Of a stretch of DNA of 64,000 bases, positions 12,427-25,771 are shown piece by piece. The notes beneath the pieces were generated by a model. It was not told the DNA's origin. It worked only from the letters and a program-made list of their open reading frames with translations, and made no database searches. The position numbers were made by a program, and so were the translations under genes. The stretch's first letter is position 1, and every line of letters begins with the position of its first letter. Location of the stretch: contig OX597815.1 of assembly GCA_951406725.2 (NCBI GenBank), positions 68,448,001-68,512,000 of the forward strand. Direction: 5' to 3'. Origin of the DNA: Octopus vulgaris. Taxonomy: Eukaryota.

Positions 12427-15400
12427 GTGAGTCTCATAGGTTTTAAGCCCATCGGGTGCCTTTCATAATTATTTCTTTTTGTTTTGTCTTCTTTTATATT
12501 TGTCTGTCAGTGGTTTTATAGTACTCTGTGTATTCATTGTTTTGCTTATTTTAAAATTTGACTTGTGGAGGATGGGCAGTACCCATAGTCTTTCCAAGGT
12601 TCTCTACGGAATTCAGACAGTTGTATATGGTTTAGCTAAGATTCACTAATTTTTTTGAAAACAACAATTGCAGACATGTAATTTCTACTGACTGTTGTAC
12701 TACTTTATTAAAGGACACTGAACGTAACTCAGAGAAGTTTAATTCTGAAAAGAATGAGATGAAGAAAATTGAACGTCTGCACAAAGAAAGAATAAAAGTA
12801 AGTTAAAAGACAAGATATATTTTCTTCTGGTATAATTTGCCAGAAATGATTGTTTTATCTAAGATATTGTTTTCCTTTTATGAAAGTGTATAGCCTAGTG
12901 GTTAGGTTATTACACTCATAATCATAAGAGCATGGCCTCAATTCATGAATCAGGTAATGTGCTGTGTTCTTGAGCAAAAACACTTCATTTTACATTGCTC
13001 CAGTCCACTCAGCTGTAAATGAGTTCCAGGAATTGCCAGGAGGTTAACCCCACAACAAACTGGCATCTTGTTTAATGGAGAATATTGTAATATCAGTCAC
13101 ATATAAGCCATGGTTTCTATGAACTCTAAATTCATGAATCTTAGAGTTCATGACAGACCTCAATCCTAAGTGCTTTTCTTCAGTTGTTAACCCTAACTCT
13201 TTATATTAACATTTCTACTGTGGACAGATTTTCCTTTTATTTTTATTTTAATTCTTAGTATCCTTGACTGGGAATATATCTTTGCCATGAACCTTAATAC
13301 CATAAATAATATCAGTAATATAAACTTGTGACCTTGTTTATTTTTTCTTTCTACTTTGCTGGATCTGGGGGAAGGGACAGTGCCCATGACTTACACAGGA
13401 CCATCCTAGACTGATGAAATTGATGCCATTAATATTCCACTTTTTAAGTCAACACCTGCAATGAAAGGCATGAGCTGGAAGGGAGGATCTGGAAAGGAAG
13501 GACTGGGTGTAGTGATTGTTGAAGGGCTTGGGGGTGGATTAGGGTGGACACAACAAGGGTGATGGCAAGAGGAGACACAAGTAGATCAGGTATCCTTGAG
13601 TAGAAGTTGCATGAGCCCAGGCAGTTCCAAGCAGTAGAGCCTGTTAAAGCAGCAGTAAAAAATACAGAGAGGCAGCATATCTATGGGCCAGAGACTGGTT
13701 TCTCTTTACTTACATCACTAAAGAAATGTTACAAAAGCAGGATATCTGTGTTATGATTTTGTTAATGTTGTCTTCTGGTACTCAAGTTTATCATTTATTT
13801 GTTGAGCACAGTCACCATTTCTAATGCATTTTTCTGTACTGGAGAGTATTGAACAGATTTACTGTTTTCCTTCCTTCCATTTTATGTTTCTTTCTATACG
13901 CCACATTTCTTAAACATAAATTCATATCTAATACATTTATGTATCGCATTTACATTATATCTACTTTATTTGTTATCAATACCAGCTCCTTAGTGTATAC
14001 TTTCTGCAACCTTCTCCAAATTGTGAAACAATGACAATCCATCTTGTATCCCATACCAACTGTCTGTTTTGTGCATGCACACACATACACATGCACAAAT
14101 TTTTTTATAGCCTTATCCTTCCCACATTGTATAATCATATTGAGCTAAATTGAGGGATTAACCACTCTAAAGTCCTTTAAATACTGGGATTTAGACCCCT
14201 TTATTAATTTATTTTACTTCGTTTCTATTGCTTTCTTTTCAGTTTCAAAGGAAAAGTAATTTTCTGTTTGAATTTATTTATATCTAGCTTCTATGGATGC
14301 AGGTATGGATGTGTGGTTAAATTAACTCCCTAACTACATGATTTTAGGTTCAGTTCCATTACATGGCACTTTGGACAAATGTCTTCTACAGCCTTAGGCT
14401 GACCAGTCTTGTGAATGGTTTTGGAAAAGAGTAATTGAAAGAAGCCTCTTGTATGTGTGTATAATAATAATAATAATAATAATAATTGTGTACAGTGCTC
14501 AGGTGCACTACAACTCATCTAAAGTGTATATATAATCAGGTGTAGTTTCGACGGATTTCGGGAAGCATGAGGGCCTTAAAGGATGCAGTGTCATGGCAGT
14601 CAACAACTGATGCAGGCAGTTTATTCCACGCTTCAGCAACCCTGAGCGTGAAAAAATGTTTCCGAAAGTCATGGGAGCTGTGCTGTTTTCTGACTTTGTA
14701 GGCATGTCCACGTGTGTTAGACACATGGAGATCAAAAAGGTGTTCAGTGTTGTTGTTGGTGAGGTGGTTGATAACCTTGTGGGTGTTTACCAAGTCCGTC
14801 GCCAGACGCCGGAGCTTCAGTGAATCCATGCCCAGGGAAACAAGGCGCTCAGAATATGGTAGGTGTCTGATGGAGGGTATGTGTTTGGTTGCACGTCTCT
14901 GGACAGATTCCAGGAGGTCAATGTTCTGAGCAAGATAGGGATTCCAAACTGATGATGCGAATTCCAAGTGTGGTCGTACCATAGCTGTATACAGTTTTAA
15001 ATAGATGGCTGGAGAGTGGCTAACAAAAGTCTTGCTGAGTGATGCCAAGACACCCTCGGCCTTCTTGACAATTTTAGAGATATGCTTTGTCCAATGCAAA
15101 TCACTGCTGACAGTGATGCCTAGGTCACGCTCGCAAGAGGATTTCTTGATATCAGTGTTGTGGAGGGAGTATGTGGACGCAGGGTTTTTTCTCCCAAAAT
15201 GCATGGTGGTACACTTGTCCACAGCCAGTTTCAGTTGCCAGTCTGTGATCCATTGCTGCATTGTGTCTAGGTCTGATTGCAGGAAAGAGTTGTAGACATC
15301 AGGATCAGTCCTCTTGATTTCAAGGTACAGCTTGATGTCATCTGCATATTTCAATACTGTGGCATTCTTTAAATTGGCATCTATGTCATTAATGTATGCC

Positions 15401-18400
15401 ACAAACAGGAGGGGACCAAGGACAGATCCCTGTGGTACACCCGATGACATCTCATATGGTGTAGAGTGCTGTCCTAGAACTGTGACTACCTCCTTTCGGC
15501 TGAGGATGAAGGATTTCAACCAGTTAAAAAGGTCATCCCCCACACCCATTGCAGAGAGTTTCACCATAAGCCTTTTGTGTGGCACAGAGTTGAAAGCCTT
15601 AGCAAAGTCAAGGTAGACAACATCCACCCATGAGCCACTGTCAGTGATCTGAGTAATGTCCTCAAGGAACTCGACAAGCTGGTCACTGCAGCTGGAGTTA
15701 GGGACAAATCCATATTGTGAGGGTCGGATGAGACTGTGAGAGCTCCAGAAGTTCCAGAGTGTTTCTCTGACACACGATTCCATCAGTTTTGCAATACAGC
15801 TAGTGAGACTGACTGGGCGATAGTTGACAGGTGATGTGCGGTCACCCTTTTTGAACAGAGGAATGACACTGGCAGTTTTCCACTGCTCCGGAGTAGCACC
15901 ATTGTTGAGACAGTACTGGAAGAAAATAGAAAGCTGGTGTAAAAGGAAGTGCCTGCCACGTTTGAGAAGCAGGTATGTAACTCCATCGAGACCAGGGGAG
16001 GCATAGTTGCACTTATTTTGAAGGTGACGTCGCAGCATTGCAGGTGTAAATTCCATAGTTGTTATGGAGTTTGCTGTTAGTGATGGTGAAGATGGTACAT
16101 TTTGACTTTCGACAGTGAATATGTTTGCATAGCACTCGGCAATGAGTTCTGTGCATTCCTTGGGGTCGTCAGTGATCTGGTTCGTGTGAGGGTTGCGAAG
16201 AGAGCCCACTGGAGAGTGAGGTCTCTGCTTTGAATGCACATATTTCCAGAAAACCTTGCTGTCAGGATTGGCTGCTATGCACTGTTCAAATTCAAGCACT
16301 GCATTTTTTGTCACTTGCTTGAGATGGTTGGAGGATTTATTCCGCTTCTTCCTGTTGGTGTCTGATTTATGCAACTTGTATTCCTGTTCAGTAGTCCGAC
16401 GTTCCTTCCTGGCAAGTCGGACCGCTGAAGTTTCCCAAATTGCCCTTTTGGGGCGGTTCTTCTTCTTTTGTTTACGTGGCACTGATGCTGCACATACTGC
16501 CCATATTGAGTCCAGGATACTCTGGAGTATAGTATTCACATCTCCAGAGTTGTAGAATTCACGCCAGTTTGGGTGCTGTAGTTCAGTGTGGTACAGGTTC
16601 CAATCTGCTCTCTTCCAATCGAAGGAAGCAGATTGGAGATGGTTCAGATGTTTGTTGCCCGCAAGAGCCAGATTGGCGATGATCATAGCATGATCAGAGT
16701 CACCTAGAGGTTCCTCCGTAGTGCAATTGATAACCGCTTCAGGAGTTGTGGTGAAGAGCAGGTCCAGGGTGTTGTCGCCTCTTGTTGGAGAGGTGACTAC
16801 TTGTGACCAGTTTGAGTCCAGCACAAGCTCAACAAAATCGTTTGCACTCTGTGGCCAACGGAAGGTTTCCCAATCGATCTCAGGATGATTGAAATCGCCT
16901 GCAATAAACACATAAGTGGCTGTTTTCCTGGCTGCAGCTCGGAGGATGTTGCAAAGCTGTGTGTCCTGATGGTAATTTGGGGGACGATAAACAACGCCAA
17001 GCAGGAGTGTTGACATGGTCATACGTACGTCACAGAAAAAAACTTCTTCTTGTGATTCGTTCAAATCGGCACAAGGAATTACCAAAAAATTTGAACGAAC
17101 GTAGACCATCACACCACCACCACAGCGGTTAGTGCGGTCCTTACGGAAGAGGTTGTACCCCGTGATGTTGAAAACCCCATCACAGAGTAAGGAATGCGCC
17201 CATGTTTCCGTGACAGTGATGAAGTCAGGGTCAACACTTCTGACGTAGGCGTTGAACAAATGTATTTTGTTGCATAAACTGCGAGCATTTAAGGACAACA
17301 ATTTGTACCCTGCTCGCAGTTTATGATGGTGTGTGGAGGATGGCAGATTGTCCTGGCTTAGTTTCCCTGAGTTGCTGTAGTCTTTTTAGTTATTGTGGGT
17401 AGAGAGCACTCAGACCAGCTGGTATCTCTCTTCCACGTTTCATCAGTCTTGACAAATCTCCAGATTTGTCCATCTTCCCGAAGACTGAAGCTTTCCTGTA
17501 GAGCTGAGTTCCTATTCAGGGAAGCCGCGACACGTAGCTTCGGACGTAGATCGGACGGTAAGCCTGGGCGTGTTCGGAAGGTGGTCCGATTTTCACGCCC
17601 AGCTTTAACTGAGGCCAGATGGTAAGAGGTTGCCTCAGTGTGGTCCGAAAAAGACAGCTTGATGAGCCTAGGTTTTGGGCCAGGTCGTCCAAGGCAGATA
17701 GCACCCGTTGGGGTAACGCAGCCTAGGTCTTTGGCTGAGTTGGCAGCAAATGCCTGAAGATCAGCCATGTCTTCAGGCACCCCAATGGCAATGACTTCAT
17801 GGGTAGCAGAATCCGCGGTCTTAGATGCGACAAGAGGTACAGGTACAGGGAGGTTCTTTAGCAGAGCATTCCGATAAGACCCCTCATTGTGGAGTCCAAC
17901 CTGAATGGTTGCTTTTATTCCTGCTACTTCCCCTCTTAAAGCACAGATCGATTGTTGCAGTTCTGCAAGAACCGCACTGGTCAATTGGTGTTGTTGTTGT
18001 TGTTGTTGCTGCTGCTGCTCTGGTTGTGGTTGCTTTTGTTGTTGCTGCTGTTGTTGTTGATGTTGTTGCTGCTGCTGCTCTGGTTGTGGTTGATTTTGTT
18101 GTTGCTGCTGTTGTTGTTGTTGCTGCTGCTGCTGCTCTAGTTGTGGTTGATTTTGTTGTTGCTGCTGTTGCTGTTCCGCCTCCTCCACGGGAGTGAAAGG
18201 GGGAGACACAATCGTCGGTTGTGGAGGCACGCAGGCCTGACACTGAAAAGTCCAAGATTTAAGCTGAACCATCTTCCAGAGTCTATCCATCATAGCATTA
18301 TGATGGCTCTTTTTTTGGCCTGGGATCTTCTGAAAGTCCGTGGCACATTGGAGGCAGACAGAGATGAGGCATGTCCCACATTCGACCCAGCGATTACGGA

Positions 18401-19190
18401 ACGTATTTTCGGGTTCCGTACAGATGTGGCAGGTGTGATTTTCTGGGCAGTGTTCTATTTTGGAGCAGCAACCAGTCTTATCGCACGCTGCTATGGATTC
18501 CACCATGGCGATTCTGTTGCTTCTGGTCATCCGTAGAGACAGAAAATGTAAACAACAATACGATGTGTGTGTGTGCACTTGCACGTGCATGCTCATTTAC
18601 ATTTACACTTCAAAAATCACTGAGTTACAAGTGATGACATTGTTGACATTTCCTCTGTCAACAAATTGCCCCCTGATTTTGTGTGTTCAAAGACATATAG
18701 AATAAGAAATCTCTCAGTTGAAAGACAAATAAGGGTTCATGACAGGGAGAGCATCCAGTTATAAAATATTTGTCTAAACCATGCTATCATGGAAAAATGG
18801 ATGTGAATTGTTTTGTTGTTTGTATATCTTTATTATTTCTTTTTTTTACATCAGGAACTGGAAGCAGAAGTACAAAACAAAACTAAAGCTAAGGTTTGTT
18901 GCTCTTTTAATAATTCTAAGATGGCTTATTGAAACATAATCATAGTTATTTGACATGGTATACATGCAGGCATAGCTGTGTGGTTAAGAAGCTTGTTTCT
19001 CAAGGTTGTGGTCTCAGATTCTGTCTTACTGCATGACATGGACTAGTGAATGGGAGATTGAGCAATGGGGAGTGGGTGAGAGGGTGAATATAACGAAGGA
19101 AGAACAAGTGTTGTGGTAGATAAAGGGTGACCATTTATGCAGAGAAGGGGAACTGAAGAGAACAGTATTTTTCATATATATATATATATT

Positions 19191-19222
<32 letters not shown>

Positions 19223-22200
19223 TGTGTACAGTGCTCAGGTGCACTACAACTCATCTAAAGTGTATATATAATCAGGTGTAGTTTTGGCGGATTTCGGAAA
19301 GCATGAGGTCCTTAAAGGATGCAGTGTCATGGCAGTCAACAACTGACGCAGGCAGTTTATTCCATGCTTCAGCAACTCTGAGCGTGAAAAAATGTTTCCG
19401 AAAGTCATGGGAGCTGTGTTGTTTTCTGACTTTGTAGGCATGTCCACGTGTGTTAGACACATGGAGATCAAAAAGGTGTTCAGTGTTGTTGCTGTTGAGG
19501 TGGTTGATAACCTTGTGGGTGTTTACCAAGTCCGTCGCCAGACGCCGGAGCTTCAGTGAATCCATGCCCAGGGAAACAAGGCGCTCAGAATATGGTAGGT
19601 GTCTGATGGAGGGTATGCGTTTGGTTGCACGTCTCTGGACAGATTCCAGGAGGTCAATGTTCTGAGCAAGATAGGGATTCCAAACTGATGATGCGAATTC
19701 CAAGTGTGGTCGCACCATAGCTGTAAAGATATTCCCATTTTATTATAGAGGTCTCATATTAAACAGAAGTGTTGTAGATTTTCTTTAAAACATGTTTCAT
19801 TAAATATACAGATATAGATTTAGTGACCCAAAGTTAATTTTACAACAGTGGTGCCCCTGCATGACTACAGCTTTAAAGTTGAAACAAGCTAAAGAGTTAA
19901 TAGCTGCAGACATGGCTGTGTGATTAAGAAGTTCACTTTGCAACCATGTGGTTTGGGTTTCAGTCTCACTGCATGGCACCTGGGGTAAATATCTTCTACA
20001 GCCCTGAGCCAACCAATAACTTGTGAATGAATTTGGTTGAGTGTGTGGAAACCTATTGTATGTATATGTGCATATTCATATGCATCCTATCTCCACTGTT
20101 TGACAAATGGTGTTGCTTTGTTTCTGTCCCCATAATACAGCAGTTCAGCAACAGAAGCTAATAAAATAAGTAGCAGACTTAAAACTTACAAGGGTAGATT
20201 TACCTCAACTACATCCTTCAGAGTGATACCCCAGCATGGCCGCTGTTCAATGACTGAATCAAAGTTAAAAATAAGAACACCCTAACCCCAGGCCGCTATG
20301 TGTGTATATTGTTGTGACTTTGTAGATTGCCTCAAGTTAAACAAGTTAAAGTAATTATGTTTTATTTTTATAACAGGTCTCTCTTCCATTATCTCGATCT
20401 GTGAGTGTAAATCGAATGCAGGGCAGATCAGCAGAAACAAAGTAAGCTATTTTCTTCAACTTCATTGAAAAGACCAAGTGAATACTGTGGTGGTGGGGGG
20501 GAGGTTGTGTGTGTGGGTGCCTTTACTTTCTTTTTTTCCCTTTGTTTTTTTTTTCTTCATGGCTATTTGGTTAAGGATTTTGCTTCCCAACAACATGATT
20601 TCAGGTTCAATTTGAATGCAGATCAGCTTTACCCAGTGTCTTATGTATTCCCAGGCCAACAAAAACCTTGTGAGTGGATTTGGTAGATAAAAACTAAAAG
20701 AAACCTTATATGCCTGCCCCTTTCTTCACACCTGCATTCATGCAACCCATCCAACCATTCAGCATCTTTCTCTTTCCCTCCACTTTTCTCCAATACAGTG
20801 CCATCCTTACTATTCTGCTACTCCCCCTTCATCGGTCACCCTTACCCCTTATCCACCATTCACTATTTATATCCCTCAATCCTACTCAATCTCTACAGTT
20901 GTCACCTAACTTTCCCTACCTCCCCTACTTATCCACTCAACACATATCCTTCATTCACTTGAAACTTCCAACCATCCACACTCCCATTTCTTCTGTTCTC
21001 ATTCACTTCTACTCACCTTGAGGGTCCCCACAGATGCCTTATCACTGCTATTTTCATCTCTTTCCTGCTCCACCCTAATTGCTTGCCACCCTCTCTTTTA
21101 AAACAGGAATAGCTATATAGTCCCTCTGCAGCAAGAAACCCATTCTGCTCTGGCCCCTTCTCTCATTCTTTAACCTCTGATCTTTTTGCATAAAACCATC
21201 CCTCTTGAGGTTTGTAGTCTTGCAAGCTGCATGACAATCTCACTAGTACTGGTACCTTTAAAAATAGTATTCAGTGCATGCTATAAAGTAGTTGGCATTA
21301 GGGAAGCTTCCAGCTGTAGAAACCATGTTAAAGCAGACACTACAGCTTAGAACATGGATATAAAATGATAATGATAGTGTGACTGCATTATGATAGTGTT
21401 GTGAAATTCCACATTTAGTTACCAAGCAACATTAAGATTTGTTAATTAAAGATTCAGTTATATTGTGCTGTGCTTTATTTCAATTTATACTAGGTTTACC
21501 TTCACCCTTCTTCTTTCTCAATAACTGATAAATACCAAGATATTGCTGAAGATTCAACTGTTGAAAATTCAGACAATTTGCATGAAACTAGGTTATCAAT
21601 TTAATTAATAGGGCTTTATGTATGGTGGACGGACACGGACACACACACATACCGTCTTATTTTAATGTCCATTTTTCCATGCTTGCATGGGTCAGAGGAA
21701 AATTTGAGATTTTCTGTGGCTGGAGACTTTTCTATTACTAACTCTCGCCTGCTTCCATAAAGTGTAAGTCTTGTTGATTGGGCTAATGTACTGCTAAAAT
21801 TATTCTTACTACATAAGAATGTGACCAAAAAATACCTATTTACTTGTGTATAGGTTTCACTATTTTATACTAGATTTTAACCAAAAAATCTACAGTGTGA
21901 TTTATATAGAGGACAAAGCTGATATCAAGTTTGAATATGAAGGAAAAATTTTGTACCAAGATTTAACACTAAATTAGGGGTACCATTTATACATGAGTAA
22001 ATATGATGTCTCTGAATCCATCTATTTTAATGAATAATTTCACAATTTCAAGAAAACATTTTTTTCGGTTGGTCTGTCCTTTATTTTTTGCTAACTCAAC
22101 AAGTGTACTAAGGTCATTTTTCCTGCCAACACAGGTGTTAAGTTTTGTGGTCCCCATGATCTACAAAGCTGACGCCTTTTTGCTTGATTGTTTGTATCCA

Positions 22201-25200
22201 TTCATAATCTCTATCCTCACTTTGTCCATCTTTAGCTATATCTTTCTTGGTCATCTACTTCTACATTCATTTTCATCACTCTTTTCACCCAGTCATTTTC
22301 ATCCTTTCTCAGCACATGACCTCATCATTTCATCACATTTCTCTTCACTACATCCATCACCAGCTCAATTCCCATCATTCTCTGTGAATGTTGGAGTACA
22401 TCAGGAGCCAGTCTTATGCCTGCTACTATTTGTAGTTAAGTGGAGGTGCTGATTCAAAATGTAAAGGAGGGAATTGCTGTACACAGATGTTATGGTGTTA
22501 AAAACAGAAAGTATAGATGGAAAGAAAATATAAATAGATGGCAGGATTGTATAGTGGAAAAATAAAGTATAAAGTAAATATCAGAAAGACAAAAGCCAGA
22601 GCAAGTGGTAAAGTTTGTAGCAAGGTGGAAAGAACAGGAATGACCTACAACTATAATGTACAGAAAAGGTGTTGTAGTAAGCTTCCGTAAATGTTGAATA
22701 TATGCTAGCTAGATTCATTGAATATGTAGTGTATGAAGCAATGTGTGAAGATTATTAACCAATGTAACAGCAACATTTAAGTATAATGTGTGTAAATAAT
22801 TGGGCTGCAGGTGAGAGAATGTGAAGTTGGATCTTGGAAATGGCATGAGAATGGAAAATGTGAAAATGTTTGACACGTAAAAGGCACCCATGCCAGTGAC
22901 GCATAAAAGGTACTCAGTACACTTTGTGGAGTGGTTGGCATTTAGAAGGGCATCCAGCCATAGAAACCAAGCCAAAACAAATTGGAGCTTGGTGCAGCTC
23001 TCCTGCTCACTATCTCCAACCAAAACGTCTAACCATACCAGCATGGAAAATTGATGTCTATTGGTAGCAGCATCAGCTGTTGTTTTTGTTGTAGAAAAAA
23101 GAGGGTAGAATATAGTGACAGAGGCTAGAGTGAAATATACATGTGAGATGTTCTGGGTATTTAGTGGCATGCTATAATGAAGAGGGGAGTGTCGCTGAAA
23201 TTGAAAAGAAAGTTGGATGCAGTTGGTGTGAGGATCACTATGATTTATAGAAGTGAGACATGGGTAATGGATATGGAGCAGTAGAGAAGGCTAGGGAGGA
23301 AAAATAGGAATGAGAACTAGCATATTGTTGAGAGAGAGAAGAGAGACAACTGCAGAGTATGTTTGATACTAATTATGAGGTGTTTCTTTTTTCTTCTTAA
23401 TTTTTCAGCGAAAAGACAGAAGAGAAAATTCAAATACTCCAACAAGATAAAGCTCATCTAGAAGCTCGTGTGTCTACACTGGAACATATTGTTGAAGAAT
23501 ACCAAAGCAACATAACTGCCTTAAAAGAAAACATTAAAAAGGTGTGAAAGAATACATTTCCTATCAGCTTATTCTGAACTCCTCTACCAAATAGCAGTGA
23601 ATGAGGAAGAATCATTTGAGCATCAGATAGAACCCCTTGCAGTATTTGTTCCCACATTGTTCTGAGTTCAAATCCTACCATAGCCTACATCAGTGGTAGA
23701 CTTAAATCACTTGGCATTTTGGGTACCTTTAGTGGACCCCACTGTTGCATGCATTCAGGCCAGGTCTCCTGTTTCAGAAAACCATGCAATCTCTCTCTCT
23801 CTCTTCCACCAGTCTTGGAGACCCTGTAAGGGGTCATGGACTGGGCTTTATTTAAAATGAATCAATCTAATATTTGATATTTGGGATTTTAGATGTTTTG
23901 TGTAAGGAATTCTTGCAATATTTAGCCGTAAATCTTGGCATTCTGAGTTCACACCCCCATTAAGGTCAGTTTTGGCTTCCATCTTTCCAGGGTCGATATA
24001 ATTGACTATTGACTATACCCTCCCTCAAAATTTGTAGAAATCAATGTTATTTTATGCTACAAAACCAACATAAACTATAAATTCCCTGAACAAGTCTAAC
24101 CTTTAATGGAACTAGAATTTCCATAGAAAATAACTCCAAAACAATGAAAATACAAGAAAAAAAAGTTTACTACTAAAAACATATACAAATGAACAAACAC
24201 AACAAATGTAGACTTCACATCTTCAGCTGTTTAACAGATATCATTATAGTTTCAACACCTGAGCAGTACCATTCAGTAGGGTGGTATCAGCAGTGTCAAA
24301 AATATAAACACTGCTCGGGAACAGTTGACAAGAAGCAGTAGGGGTGGGGTTGTAAGCTCAGTGTGTTCTAAGCACAAATACTAACAAAATCTCCAACATA
24401 ATTTTCACAAAATTGCAGCCATCAAACATAGATATATAATTTGTTAATATTTGAGATTGCTAAGAAAAACAAAATTTTTATCAGAAATTTTTGTTTTTAA
24501 TTTATTTAGAATTTTCAACTCTTCAACTCACTTAAAAATGTCTTATAAAATTGAGAAAGAAACATGAAAAATAACCAGAAAATTTTATATTTTTTTAATA
24601 ACTTTCAGTTATTTATTCTGGTGTCCTATCATTTAGTTTGTCTTCTGTTTTTCTAATCATTTTAATTTTGATTTTATATTTTTTGTAATTTTTGCCTTCT
24701 GGCATTTTTAGCAAGACAAATCCAACAAAGAACTTGTAAAAAGTTTAACAGAAGAATTAACATCTTGGGAAGAAGAAGCATCTAAAATGAAAGAGCGTCT
24801 GTTGTTACAAATTGATAAGATAAAAACACAGAGAGATAAAGCTGAAGATAGACTTCAAAGCTCTCAGGTAACTTTTTTTTTTAATCTTTGAAATTATTTT
24901 TGATTAATTCTTTATTCTAAAAATTAAAGAATAAAAATATTAGTTTGATTTCTCCTCTTTAAGTTATTTTCTTCTCCTACTCCATGAGTCACATTTTCAA
25001 GTAGCCTTCTATTTATTTCACTGCTACCTCCACCACTATCTTGGAGAAGTTTCAAAAATGGTGGGATGCCAAACTAAATATTGTGCATTTTTACTTTCTG
25101 AGTTCAAATCTTGCCATTGTTTACATCACCTTGCATCTCACTGTGGAGGATTAAATTATTACCATGCTTATATTGCAGTCAGCTTGATCAACTGTAGCCT

Positions 25201-25735
25201 TCTCCAAATCAGTGGTTCTCTGACCAAAATATTTATCATTACCATATCTGATGGCATAAAAGACACACCCCAATTTCAGCTCATCATACTCACCATCATT
25301 TTAACATCCACTTTCCCATGCGCACAGAGGCCAGACAAAATTTTGTTAAAGCAGATTTTGTATAGTTGGATGCCTTTCTTGTCACCAACCCTCACTTATT
25401 TCCAAGTAAGGTAATATTTCCCCATGACCAGACATGTTTCTATGGAAGATTGGAAATGAGGGACACCATTTATATGATTGTGACATATTTTTGCAATTAT
25501 TGGATGGTGTCGATGCATGGGGACAATACTGCACATGCACACACAGGTTTATAGTAGAAGACACTTTCTGATATTTAAGAGAGAAGATTTTGATGCATTA
25601 AAGCTTATGAGAAACCCAGCTTTACATATTAAACCTGGCATGAGTTTTGGAGACATTTTTATGTGGGGGTGGGGTTTTATATGTCATCAAATACAGATCT
25701 GTTTCACTTTTTCGTCTCCATCTTTCATTTAATTA

Positions 25736-25771
<36 letters not shown>

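Larger units (their letters stand above)
14461..18562 (-). mobile_element. Full-length CR1-clade LINE inserted in a SINE
   Basis: Two intact ORFs, (ATT)n 3' tail, putative TSD ATGTGTGT (14453-14460 and 18563-18570). Confidence 0.93.

Noticed and set aside
14714-18536. Many + strand ORFs including poly-L, poly-V/A and poly-T/A frames
   Set aside because: Antisense or alternative-frame shadows of the LINE ORFs and the polyQ repeat
18531-18596. ORF1 start at 18596 as listed in the ORF track
   Set aside because: Lies beyond the TSD in host SINE (TG)n sequence; ATG 18530 is preferred
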